Virus record (IMG/VR): IMGVR_UViG_3300008448_000086
Span: 1 to 59,195 of that record
Source of the DNA: a virus
Lineage: Duplodnaviria; Caudoviricetes
Strand: one strand, 5' to 3'
Length of the DNA stretch: 59,195 nt
Under the pieces are notes generated by a model, which was not told the origin of the DNA, ran no database searches, and worked only from the letters and a program-made list of their open reading frames with translations. This document shows positions 39,200 through 47,598 of the stretch, in pieces. Both the position numbers and the translations under genes were made by a program. Position 1 is the first letter of the stretch; each line of letters starts with the position of its first letter.

Positions 39200-39640
39200 C
39201 ATATTCAAGTTCTTTCAAATAGGTTCCAGTGATTCCTTAATATCACAGACACACTGCCTTTCTCGAGGTAGTTACGGCTTTCACGAGATGAAGCTTTAGC
39301 GCATCAATCCTAAGCCCAGAAGTCGGGTAATAACTGTCAGCATAGACAGCCACGTCTCCCCGATAGTGTCGCAACTGGAATAAGTATATAAAGACCTTTA
39401 TGGGTAGTATCTGATGAGAAATAGAGATTATCTCAGGACCAAGGGATACTACGAGGGTGTACCACTACGGTGGCAACGTACAGCATAAAGCATAAAACTT
39501 ATTCTAATGTAAGCGAAATTCATCCCGCATCTAAGGGGACTTTCATGCCTTCTCGTAAACAGCTTCCTACTCGATAACATAGCTCGCTCCCTAGTATTTT
39601 CAAGCGCTTCTATCTTCTGCCGGTCGCTCGCTTTATATTT
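39200..39640 (+). ncRNA. Putative structured non-coding RNA
   Basis: GC-richer ORF-free block; long-range stems ttccagt/actggaa, gaataagt/acttattc, gtagtatc/gatactac; strand inferred. Confidence 0.45.
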
Positions 39641-39831
39641 TGTATTTATTTATTTAATAATTCAAAATTCAAAATTTAGCTGTTAAAAATACAGAGTGAT
39701 TGAGTTTAGGTAAAGTACATAAATGCTAGGGGTTCCCCCCTCCCCCATCCGCACCACCGCATCGGGGGAAATCGATTCCTGCTACTGAGTACCCTCAAAT
39801 GTTCGCGGGATGTTCACTAGATAGTTGCTTC

Positions 39832-39908
39832 AGTCTACTAACTTTGTAGAGTATAAAGGAAAGTCTATCTAATTGGTAGACAATGAATTAGTCTAGTAAG
39901 TTGGTAGG
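39832..39908. repeat. Three palindromic AGTCTA-N9-TAG(A/G) sites
   Basis: agtctactaactttgtaga 39832, agtctatctaattggtaga 39862, agtctagtaagttggtagg 39890. Confidence 0.75.
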
Positions 39909-40214
39909 GTGGGCATCCCCTCCGCTCCTTTCCTGATTATAACCTTCGCAAATTTTACCACTAACTTTTTTTTATTACATTAATAAAATTATTTTCTAGA
40001 ATATGTAATAAGATAGTTTTAAATGTCACGGGTTATTGTGTTAATTGATTTGAGCTGATAAATTTACTTTCCTTCATTTACTTTCCTTTATTACTTTATT
40101 AAATATTATTTAATGGTCTATAAACAGTAATTTGATATTTTCTAATTAACAGCCCTCCTTATTGAATGTTTTCTAAATTTTGACATAAGTGTTTTTTATA
40201 TGAATTATTCGCCT

Positions 40215-40222
40215 TAGCTTTG
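40215..40222 (+). promoter_or_regulatory. -7 box (TAGCTTTG) for early transcription
   Basis: TAnnTTTG ~70 nt before the first early ORF, downstream of an AT-rich tract. Confidence 0.55.
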
Positions 40223-40291
40223 TGAGCGAAGCGAACATGCTTCAAAAGTTAATGTTCTTTATTTATTTATTCATTTTTAAATCATGTTATC

Positions 40292-40783
40292 ATGAGCACA
40301 CAAACAAACAACGGGAGCGCGACCGTAACCAATACGCGCCAGGTAGTTAATTTGTCAACTACGAAAACAGGCAAAAATTTAACGGGAAAGCAGTTAAAAA
40401 ATAAGTTGGCAAATGACAAGGCAAAGGAATTGAGAAAAGCCACAAATGAAGCTCAAAAAGTAGCTACACAAACGGCAAAGGACGCGGAAAAAACTTTATC
40501 TTTTCAGTACAAAAGGCTTCAAAAGTACGCTCAAAACTACTGCATCTCTTTGTCTCTTGAAACGGGAAAGGATGTATCCTTCGAAAGTATCAAGGCGCTC
40601 AAATTTGCTGATTTTACGCCATATATTACCGAACGTGAAACGGCTGTATTTTTCGGTAATTGGTCGTTTCCCCGTTTCTTAACAATTATCAAAAGATACT
40701 ACAGAGCGGAGGCAAAGAATACTTTGTCGCCTGAGCAGATATCGGAACTTTCCGCCATAGTTGACGAAATTAACGCGGAATAA
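40292..40783 (+). CDS. First early protein, function unknown
   Basis: 163 aa ORF, divergent from late arm. Confidence 0.7.
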   Translation: MSTQTNNGSATVTNTRQVVNLSTTKTGKNLTGKQLKNKLANDKAKELRKATNEAQKVATQTAKDAEKTLSFQYKRLQKYAQNYCISLSLETGKDVSFESIKALKFADFTPYITERETAVFFGNWSFPRFLTIIKRYYRAEAKNTLSPEQISELSAIVDEINAE

Positions 40784-40789
40784 TACACC

Positions 40790-41630
40790 CTTACACCCCT
40801 ATACGTTAAAACGTACAGACAAAATTTTGCTTGTCTAGGGGTGCAAATATACCGGAAAAAAATACAGATATCCGGTAAGCATTGGTAAAAAATAGCCGAT
40901 ATATCAGGCTAACAATTCAGTGAATTGCTGATATATGCTTCATGCAGTGCATGAACGGGCAAAGATATGCAAATGTCATCTGTAGTTCTTTTGGGGCGAC
41001 ATTGCGACATATTTAGGATAAAGTAAGGATATTCAATATTTACGTATAATCGGGTAAAATTGCAGTGCAGTCCGGTTATATCGGTAAAGTTTACCTAGTA
41101 ATTTATTTTGTATCTGTTAAGCATAAATTTACTTTATTCGCGTTAAGTCGTTTCTAATTATTCAAGAAACGGACAAAGTAGCCCTGCATGATGCTGATGC
41201 AGTATGTTTTCCATGTGGCAATAAACGAACAACAAATGGTATTTAAGCGGAGCAAACCGCCTATACACCGGACCGCCGGAAGGTATGTCATGCAATAACT
41301 TATTTATGTTTATGCTCAAAGTAGACATGCCGGTAATTAAAACAAACGGATAACTTGTATTTTCGATTTATCATTATGCAAGTATGTGACTATCTGTTAA
41401 CAGCAATGTGCAAACGTCTGATTCTAAGGTGCAAACGTCTCAAACAAACCAACAATATTCACCTAACACAATTAGTAAGCCGGAACCGGCATGACTATAC
41501 TCGCCCTGATGTCGAAACAAAGGGTTAATTGTGCAAGGTGCAAACATATTGTTTTTAATAAACTCTCTTCAGGGAAAGTAAAGACAAGTGCAGGTGATTA
41601 GCGCGCCAGGTTCGATTCCTGGCTTTCCCC
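40790..41630 (+). ncRNA. Large (~850 nt) ornate structured RNA candidate
   Basis: ORF-free; nested multibranch stems with G-U pairs that only work on + strand; ends in tRNA-like domain. Confidence 0.65.
41572..41630 (+). tRNA. D-armless tRNA-like element (not a canonical tRNA)
   Basis: Acceptor gggaaag/ctttccc; T-arm ccagg-ttcgatt-cctgg; 9-nt linker in place of D-arm; 4-bp stem with 9-nt loop. Confidence 0.6.
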
Positions 41631-41662
41631 TATATCTGACAAAACAGATATTTTTTAAGCTT

Positions 41663-41869
41663 ATGAAACAGTTACAAAAAGCATTTGCCAACGTAAATCA
41701 AACGGCAAAATCTCAAGGCGTTTGCCCTATTCTTGTTGTGTTCAATGGATTATGCTTTGTTGATACTGAGGTGAAAAGATTCGAGAGAGAGAAGGCTGTC
41801 AAAGCGCAGGCAAAAAGAGGCGGGAAGTACAAAGCGCCACCAAAATTCACAGGCATTTTTAATTTTTAA
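41663..41869 (+). CDS. Early hypothetical protein
   Basis: ATG 41663 (MKQLQKAF). Confidence 0.6.
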   Translation: MKQLQKAFANVNQTAKSQGVCPILVVFNGLCFVDTEVKRFEREKAVKAQAKRGGKYKAPPKFTGIFNF

Positions 41870-41899
41870 ACTAAATCAAATAACACAAAACAAAACAGC

Positions 41900-42100
41900 A
41901 TGAAAACCAATTACACAAAGGTCTGCTCAGCTAAAGATGGCAAGGTCATCCGCTCAACAGACAAACCTATCAGCACTCACGAAAGAATCATCATTGCCTT
42001 AACAGAACTTGGCGAAGATGTAAATGAGTTTAACTTGAAGGCAAGCTTCAGGGCTCACCAAAGAAAATTAGCAAATCCAAACCTTAACCCCTTCAACTAA
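41900..42100 (+). CDS. Early hypothetical protein
   Basis: A-rich leader, ATG. Confidence 0.6.
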   Translation: MKTNYTKVCSAKDGKVIRSTDKPISTHERIIIALTELGEDVNEFNLKASFRAHQRKLANPNLNPFN

Positions 42101-42106
42101 TCAGCC

Positions 42107-42331
42107 ATGACAGTAAAAAACATGAACACGCTCAAAGCAATGGAGCGCAAAGGATTAATCGAACTGCACAGACAAACCGGAAGCAAAATTGCAGGACTTT
42201 ACAGCAACCAGAAGTTCACATGCTACTATGTGCATGACGGACTGACTCAGTTCCAGTACAAAAAGCAGTGGTACGGCATTAAGTACTTTTCCGGATGCTT
42301 CTTCCCTTATGTAGTAAAACTTTTAAACTAA
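42107..42331 (+). CDS. Early hypothetical protein
   Basis: ctaatcagccATG junction; KYFSGCFFPYV motif. Confidence 0.65.
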   Translation: MTVKNMNTLKAMERKGLIELHRQTGSKIAGLYSNQKFTCYYVHDGLTQFQYKKQWYGIKYFSGCFFPYVVKLLN

Positions 42332-42337
42332 TCAGCC

Positions 42338-42550
42338 ATGCAAAACGAAAAACTCGGCATTAATCTGCGGACATTGCTAGATACTAGCATAAGTATAGCA
42401 CTTCGCAGCATGGATTTATCTAACTACGAACAGCGAAATAAATTCATAGACATGATAGAAAAGCGCATCATTGAAGATGCAGACTGGATAAGCATGTCTA
42501 ATGGTACGACGTACGAAAAAACTTTCACCCCTAAATCTAATAAACAATGA
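42338..42550 (+). CDS. Early hypothetical protein
   Basis: Same ctaatcagccATG junction. Confidence 0.6.
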   Translation: MQNEKLGINLRTLLDTSISIALRSMDLSNYEQRNKFIDMIEKRIIEDADWISMSNGTTYEKTFTPKSNKQ

Positions 42551-42642
42551 AACATTCAGCAGAAGAAAAACAGAAACGGACAGAGCTGTTAATCGTAGTA
42601 ATTATATCCATGTTCGCTATTGCAATATTGCAAAATATATAA
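42547..42642 (+). CDS. 31-aa single-TM peptide
   Basis: MKHSAEEKQKRTELLIVVIISMFAIAILQNI; ATGA overlap with upstream stop. Confidence 0.5.
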   Translation: MKHSAEEKQKRTELLIVVIISMFAIAILQNI

Positions 42643-42656
42643 ACCATAACACAAAC

Positions 42657-42830
42657 ATGAAAAAACTAATCATCATCGTAATTATCGGACTATTTATGTC
42701 AAGCTGTTCACCTTATGTAAATGTAGGCGGAGAAGGTGGCAGATGTAAGGTAATGGCTCCTCGCAAATTTGAAAAGACAAGGTCGTTTCCAAGTCGCTCT
42801 CACCCCATGTACAGAGCAGGGGTACACTAA
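42657..42830 (+). CDS. Small lipoprotein
   Basis: MKKLIIIVIIGLFMSS-C lipobox. Confidence 0.65.
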   Translation: MKKLIIIVIIGLFMSSCSPYVNVGGEGGRCKVMAPRKFEKTRSFPSRSHPMYRAGVH

Positions 42831-42851
42831 GATGTTTGTTTTGTGTGAACT

Positions 42852-42888
42852 AGCCGGTAACAGGTAAAGCTGACCGGCTTTTTATTTT
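42852..42888 (+). terminator. Intrinsic terminator
   Basis: agccggt..accggct + U-tract. Confidence 0.75.
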
Positions 42889-42948
42889 ACACAAAGTAAA
42901 CAAATCACTTTACTAAATTTAAAAATCGTAAATCTAAAACTTAACACA

Positions 42949-43173
42949 ATGCAAATTAATTTAAACAAACACGTATGGGAAGGATGGACAGTCGGAGACT
43001 TTATCGACGACCTTGAGCCTTTATTCGACATAGTTAGGTCAAACGCTTCAGAGTTCGGATGCTCAGCGTTCGAAACTAAGGAAGACGTAAAGAAATGGTG
43101 CATGGATAATCAACCAGGATACAAAAAGTATATACCAGAAGTAGTCAACTACTTCGCTAGTAAAATAAAATAA
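42949..43173 (+). CDS. Early hypothetical protein
   Basis: WEGWTVGDFI..WCMDNQPGYKK. Confidence 0.7.
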   Translation: MQINLNKHVWEGWTVGDFIDDLEPLFDIVRSNASEFGCSAFETKEDVKKWCMDNQPGYKKYIPEVVNYFASKIK

Positions 43174-43198
43174 TCATTCACAATTAAAACCAAACACA

Positions 43199-43762
43199 AT
43201 GACACAGACAAAGACAGACTACCAAATCGAAATCATCCATGATGAATTTCCGCAAAATCCACGTATTGAATGGGACAACCTAGGCACAATGGTATGCTTC
43301 CATAGAAGGTACACGCTAGGAGATATTGGTCACGGATACCGCGCATCAGACTTCAACTCATGGGACGAACTTAAACAGCTAATTATAAAGCAAGTAAAGC
43401 CAGCTGTTATCCTCCCTGTCTACATGTACGACCACAGCGGAATGACCATCAGCACATCACCATTCAGCTGCCCCTGGGATAGCGGACAAATCGGCTTCAT
43501 CTATATCGGCAGACTTAAAGTAATGAAAGAGTATAACGCAAAACGCATAAGCCGTAAACTAAAAGATAGATTAACCGAATATCTGAAAGCAGAGGTAGAA
43601 ATATATGACAACTACCTGACAGGCTCTTGCTATGGATACGAAATAACTAAGGACGGAGAAACTATTGACAGCTGCTGGGGATTCTACGGAAGGGAAAGCG
43701 CAAGGCAGGCAGCAGAAGAACAATTAATGTACTACAAATCAAAAGAAGTTGTATCTTTGTAA
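43199..43762 (+). CDS. Conserved phage early protein
   Basis: NPR.WDNLGTM..PVYMYDHSG..WDSGQIGFI..DSCWGFYG. Confidence 0.75.
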   Translation: MTQTKTDYQIEIIHDEFPQNPRIEWDNLGTMVCFHRRYTLGDIGHGYRASDFNSWDELKQLIIKQVKPAVILPVYMYDHSGMTISTSPFSCPWDSGQIGFIYIGRLKVMKEYNAKRISRKLKDRLTEYLKAEVEIYDNYLTGSCYGYEITKDGETIDSCWGFYGRESARQAAEEQLMYYKSKEVVSL

Positions 43763-43788
43763 TTATTCACCACTAAAAACAAATCACC

Positions 43789-44001
43789 ATGAAGAAAGAA
43801 GTAGGAACATGGGAATTAAAAGAGCTGGGATTCGATAATATACACGAATACTTTAGCTACATCATCGACAGCATCACAAACGGGCAGCATAAGCAAGCCA
43901 GGATTCTATGGTTTGACCTAAGCAAGGAGCAAAGGAATCAGTTTCTGGACTGGAAAGAAACTTATGCCCCTGCCGCATCCATCAGGACAATTATTACTTA
44001 A
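43789..44001 (+). CDS. Early hypothetical protein
   Basis: A-rich leader, ATG. Confidence 0.6.
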   Translation: MKKEVGTWELKELGFDNIHEYFSYIIDSITNGQHKQARILWFDLSKEQRNQFLDWKETYAPAASIRTIIT

Positions 44002-44019
44002 CAAACAAAACCAATAACA

Positions 44020-44271
44020 ATGACGCAAGAAAAGCAATCAGTTCCAGGACTACACACTGTTGTGGTCTATGACAATGAAGGAGAAACATTTGACAGATAC
44101 ACTGTCTATACTCCCGATGGCAGCGTATTCGGGATGAGCGAGAATGCTGAAGGTTTCAATCAATACTTAGGCGAATGGTATGAAGTAGAAGAAGGCGACC
44201 ACCTAGGCAAGAAACTAGACAGCATACCTGAAAGCATAAGAGAAGCTGTAATAAATAGAATGACTAATTAA
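44020..44271 (+). CDS. Early hypothetical protein
   Basis: YDNEGETFDRYTV..GMS..HLGK motif. Confidence 0.7.
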   Translation: MTQEKQSVPGLHTVVVYDNEGETFDRYTVYTPDGSVFGMSENAEGFNQYLGEWYEVEEGDHLGKKLDSIPESIREAVINRMTN

Positions 44272-44315
44272 TAATCACTTAAAACAAATCACTTAACAAT
44301 TAAAAACAAATCACA

Positions 44316-44732
44316 ATGGGAACACGTTCATTAACAGCCTTCATTAACAAGGCAAGGGAATCACAAGAAATCTGCGTAATGTACCGCCAATACGATGGCT
44401 ATCCTGAAGGGCATGGCTTACAGCTAGCCGAGTTCTTATCAAGCGGAAAGATGGTAAATGGTATTTCGGTTGGTGAAACAGAACTCGTATTTAATGGTAT
44501 GGGATGCCTGGCTGCCCAGGTAATATCCTACTTCAAAGAAGGGCCTGGAGGATTCTATATAGAGCCTGCCGGAACAAGGGATGTTGGCGAAGAGTATATC
44601 TATAAAGTATACACTAATGACAATGGGCAGCTAATGATGAGATGCTTTGACGTATGGAAAGGCAGGACTATATTCGTCGGCACTCCTGAAAAGTTCATAG
44701 CTAAGTATGGCAAAGTAAAAGAGACAGCATAA
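44316..44732 (+). CDS. Conserved phage early protein
   Basis: MGTRSLT..YRQYDGYPEGHG..NGMGCLAAQ..EEYIY. Confidence 0.75.
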   Translation: MGTRSLTAFINKARESQEICVMYRQYDGYPEGHGLQLAEFLSSGKMVNGISVGETELVFNGMGCLAAQVISYFKEGPGGFYIEPAGTRDVGEEYIYKVYTNDNGQLMMRCFDVWKGRTIFVGTPEKFIAKYGKVKETA

Positions 44733-44759
44733 TTATTCATTCACTTAAACACACAAACC

Positions 44760-45449
44760 ATGAAACTAAATCTGTTATCAATGGGTAACGCCAAGACGCC
44801 CAAAGGAGAGAAGCTTGGCATCCTTACTGGCATCCTTTACCTTGCGCCTGCTAAGATATCAGGCTACGAGGTATGCCCTCGCAGGTCAGCTGGATGCACT
44901 AGCGCCTGCCTTTACTCAGCAGGACGTGGTAAGTTCAGCAATGTTCAGCAGGCTCGCATCAGACGTACTAAAATGTTCTTCGAGCAGCGTGAACTATTCC
45001 TTAACATGCTTCGCCTTGACATTAGGCTGATTGAGCTTATGGCAAATGACAAGGGCATGACGCCTGCCGTACGTCTCAATGGTACGTCAGACATAGACTG
45101 GACAAGGTTCGGCATCATGGAAGAGTTTCCTAATGTAAGATTCTACGACTACACTAAGGTACTCAACCGACTGTCCAAGCCACTGCCATCCAACTATTCC
45201 GTAGTCTTCAGTAAGAATGAAGCTAATGACGTAGAGGCAGACGCAGCACTTAAGATGGGATTCAATGTATCTGTTGTCTTCGACCTAAGTAAGAATGACG
45301 ATATGCCTACCACGTACAATGGCATACCTGTCCATGATGGTGACGAGACAGACGCGCGCTTCCTCGACCCACAAGGCGGCTACATCATCGGGCTTCGCGC
45401 TAAGGGTGATGCTAAGAAAGATTCATCAGGATTCGTAATTCATTTATAA
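44760..45449 (+). CDS. Gp88-like Cys-motif protein
   Basis: ILYLAPA..CP..SAGC...CL..GRG, VRLNGTSDI, FYDYTK, DGDETDARFLD. Confidence 0.7.
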   Translation: MKLNLLSMGNAKTPKGEKLGILTGILYLAPAKISGYEVCPRRSAGCTSACLYSAGRGKFSNVQQARIRRTKMFFEQRELFLNMLRLDIRLIELMANDKGMTPAVRLNGTSDIDWTRFGIMEEFPNVRFYDYTKVLNRLSKPLPSNYSVVFSKNEANDVEADAALKMGFNVSVVFDLSKNDDMPTTYNGIPVHDGDETDARFLDPQGGYIIGLRAKGDAKKDSSGFVIHL

Positions 45450-45467
45450 TAATTAAAACAAAACAAC

Positions 45468-45698
45468 ATGAGTAACTCATCAGCACGTAACAGAGACATT
45501 ATAAGAGATACGCTTGAATATCTCTCAGCAGAACAACGCCCCATAAAACTTACCCTGCGCCCTCCGGCATGGACTAATATAATAGAGCCAGAAGATAACA
45601 TCATGGAAATCAATGACGGGGAGGATGGGGTGTTCGAAGGGATACCTGAAAGCTTCTATGACGAGATGGTCAAATTATATCATAACCAAAATCAATAA
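45468..45698 (+). CDS. Early hypothetical protein
   Basis: A-rich leader, ATG. Confidence 0.55.
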   Translation: MSNSSARNRDIIRDTLEYLSAEQRPIKLTLRPPAWTNIIEPEDNIMEINDGEDGVFEGIPESFYDEMVKLYHNQNQ

Positions 45699-45701
45699 CA
45701 C

Positions 45702-45866
45702 ATGCCACTAATATTCTTCATACTAGCATTTTCACTGTTCACCTACGCTGACAAAGAGCCTAGCTGTATCGCAGGAGGTATCATATTCTCTATACTTGGT
45801 GCTGTGTTCTTTGACACAGGACTTCCTGAGAAAAAAGAATCATTGTTCAAAAAGAAAAAACGTTAA
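45702..45866 (+). CDS. Small two-TM membrane protein
   Basis: MPLIFFILAFSLFTYADKEPSCIAGGIIFSILGAVFF..KKKKR. Confidence 0.5.
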   Translation: MPLIFFILAFSLFTYADKEPSCIAGGIIFSILGAVFFDTGLPEKKESLFKKKKR

Positions 45867-45867
45867 C

Positions 45868-46074
45868 ATGACAAAAGATATCAAAATAGAAAATGCTTTC
45901 AATGTACTTAAGGATGCAGGATATTATGTAGATGTTCTTTGGAGTATATATGATGTTAAAAGCATACATCCATGTACTGACGAAGAAGCCTATCGAATAT
46001 TAGATGAAGTAATGGCTAGCCCAAGTGTAATGGAATCTATTGCGGATGAAATACTAAAGAAGTCGCAAAAGTAG
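45868..46074 (+). CDS. Hypothetical protein
   Basis: ATG 45868; LWSIYDV..CTDEEAYRIL. Confidence 0.6.
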   Translation: MTKDIKIENAFNVLKDAGYYVDVLWSIYDVKSIHPCTDEEAYRILDEVMASPSVMESIADEILKKSQK

Positions 46075-46083
46075 GTTTCACTA

Positions 46084-46347
46084 TCACGCGCGCTTGGTCG
46101 GCTTACCGCCTGCGCCATTACGCGCCCGATTCCTGCTCTGATGCTCTTTGACAAGCTTACCGCTTCGCTTATGGCTCATATCTATATCGTCACCATTGCC
46201 GTATGTTCCGGCTTTGCGATTGGCTTTATTGAGCTTAGAACGGTACTCTCTGCGCTCGGCTGTGCTATGGTACAGCGCATCATAGGCAGCCTTGCGCTTC
46301 TTGGCATCGGGATTCTTATCGTAGTATTTCTTAGATTTAGAAGGCAT
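46084..46347 (-). CDS. Small basic His-Me finger (HNH-like) protein
   Basis: GNGDDIDMSH..NRARNG motif; TAAATTTG box at 46358-46351. Confidence 0.6.
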   Translation of the reverse strand: MPSKSKKYYDKNPDAKKRKAAYDALYHSTAERREYRSKLNKANRKAGTYGNGDDIDMSHKRSGKLVKEHQSRNRARNGAGGKPTKRA

Positions 46348-46555
46348 AAACAAATTTAAAACAAATCTATATGATTAAAAAGATTTTAAAGAAACTGGAC
46401 AAAAAAAAGACGAACAGAACGAAGAAAGACTCCTGGGAAGATATCATAGGCAGGCACTATGCCCTATCTGATGGGGAGTTCATCGACGAACTGATAGCCA
46501 ACTACGAGCCACCAAAAAGAAAATCAAACATTCATAACAACTAAAACAAATCAAA

Positions 46556-46858
46556 ATGAAAAATTTAGAAACAGATTATAATCGTGTTAAAACTTACGAA
46601 GTATTTATGGACAGAGGTGGCGATGTTGCTTCTAAAAAAAATATATATGTTAGAGCATACTATAACGAAAGCATAAGCAACGAAGATAATTGTTATCAAG
46701 TAAATGTTATGTACTATAGAAATAGAGATACAGATGATGGCGATTATTTTGACGAAGAATTTATTACCACTAAATCGCCTAGTGAAGCCGAAATATTAGC
46801 CGATAAAATTAATAAATATGGCTATGAAGATTTTATGCCTAAAAATTTGGTGGTTTAA
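46556..46858 (+). CDS. Hypothetical protein (AT-rich)
   Basis: 100 aa ORF, A-rich leader. Confidence 0.55.
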   Translation: MKNLETDYNRVKTYEVFMDRGGDVASKKNIYVRAYYNESISNEDNCYQVNVMYYRNRDTDDGDYFDEEFITTKSPSEAEILADKINKYGYEDFMPKNLVV

Positions 46859-47062
46859 ATATTATGTACTATATTGCATTAAAACAAACCATATGGCAAA
46901 ATTATTAATCATCCTCGGCATCTTCGGCATAAGCTGTTACTTATGGGCACTTGTGCTGGAACTCAAAGAATATAATTCAAATAGTTGATTATTCCATAAG
47001 CAAACACAGGTGATGTTTCTACATCTGCCTGGTATTTTTTTAACCATTAAAACTTAACACAA

Positions 47063-47353
47063 ATGAAAGGAAGACTCATCTCGGTAAACTTTATCCCTCA
47101 CGCCTACTCAGAAACGCTATCCGCTGCATTCGAACTTACAATGCAGGACAGAGCCGAACTAAAGCCTGACTGGCTAGGATGCGGATGTCTGTTCGATATG
47201 GAAGGTGGCTACGCTAAGCTAGTACCTGACAGTATAATACCGGCAGGTAAAAAAGCAGAGCTATGGCACATCATGAATCTGCTCAGCTACGATGACATGG
47301 ACAGCGACCAAAAGGTAGACGCTGTTAAAGAATATATTCACAATCACTTCTAA
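47063..47353 (+). CDS. Hypothetical protein
   Basis: A-rich leader, ATG. Confidence 0.6.
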   Translation: MKGRLISVNFIPHAYSETLSAAFELTMQDRAELKPDWLGCGCLFDMEGGYAKLVPDSIIPAGKKAELWHIMNLLSYDDMDSDQKVDAVKEYIHNHF

Positions 47354-47365
47354 AAACAAATCACA

Positions 47366-47596
47366 ATGAAACTACTTCTCTACAAAGATGAGCTTAACTC
47401 ATTCATCGAATCTTACGAATCAAGTGTCCTCAAGGAGTATATCAAGTTCTCCATACACCCTTACGAAACTAATGGCAAGCAAGGAGTAACAGATACCTAT
47501 TGGGTAAAGTTTGATGAAGGTATGGATGAAAATGCAAATCTGCTGAACTTTATATTCAGAGCAGGAACAATTCACGGTAAAAATAAAAACAAATAA
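47366..47596 (+). CDS. Hypothetical protein
   Basis: aaaacaaatcacaATG leader. Confidence 0.6.
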   Translation: MKLLLYKDELNSFIESYESSVLKEYIKFSIHPYETNGKQGVTDTYWVKFDEGMDENANLLNFIFRAGTIHGKNKNK

Positions 47597-47598
47597 CA

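Noticed and set aside
39024-39218. 64-aa ORF over the sRNA C region
   Set aside because: TTG start, runs through promoter and terminator elements; better explained as non-coding
39405-39455. Hammerhead ribozyme at ctgatgag (also ctgatgtcgaaac near 41506)
   Set aside because: No properly placed stem II/GAAA/stem III with a cleavage triplet could be built
39832-39908. Mini CRISPR array or Cas12a-repeat mimic (TCTAC..GTAGA hairpin)
   Set aside because: Units are degenerate, gaps are only ~9-11 nt, the AATT 5' part of the Cas12a repeat is missing and no cas genes are present; treated as operator-like repeats
41572-41630. tmRNA
   Set aside because: Lacks the G3-U70 alanine identity and an internal tag reading frame; both acceptor strands lie within 60 nt
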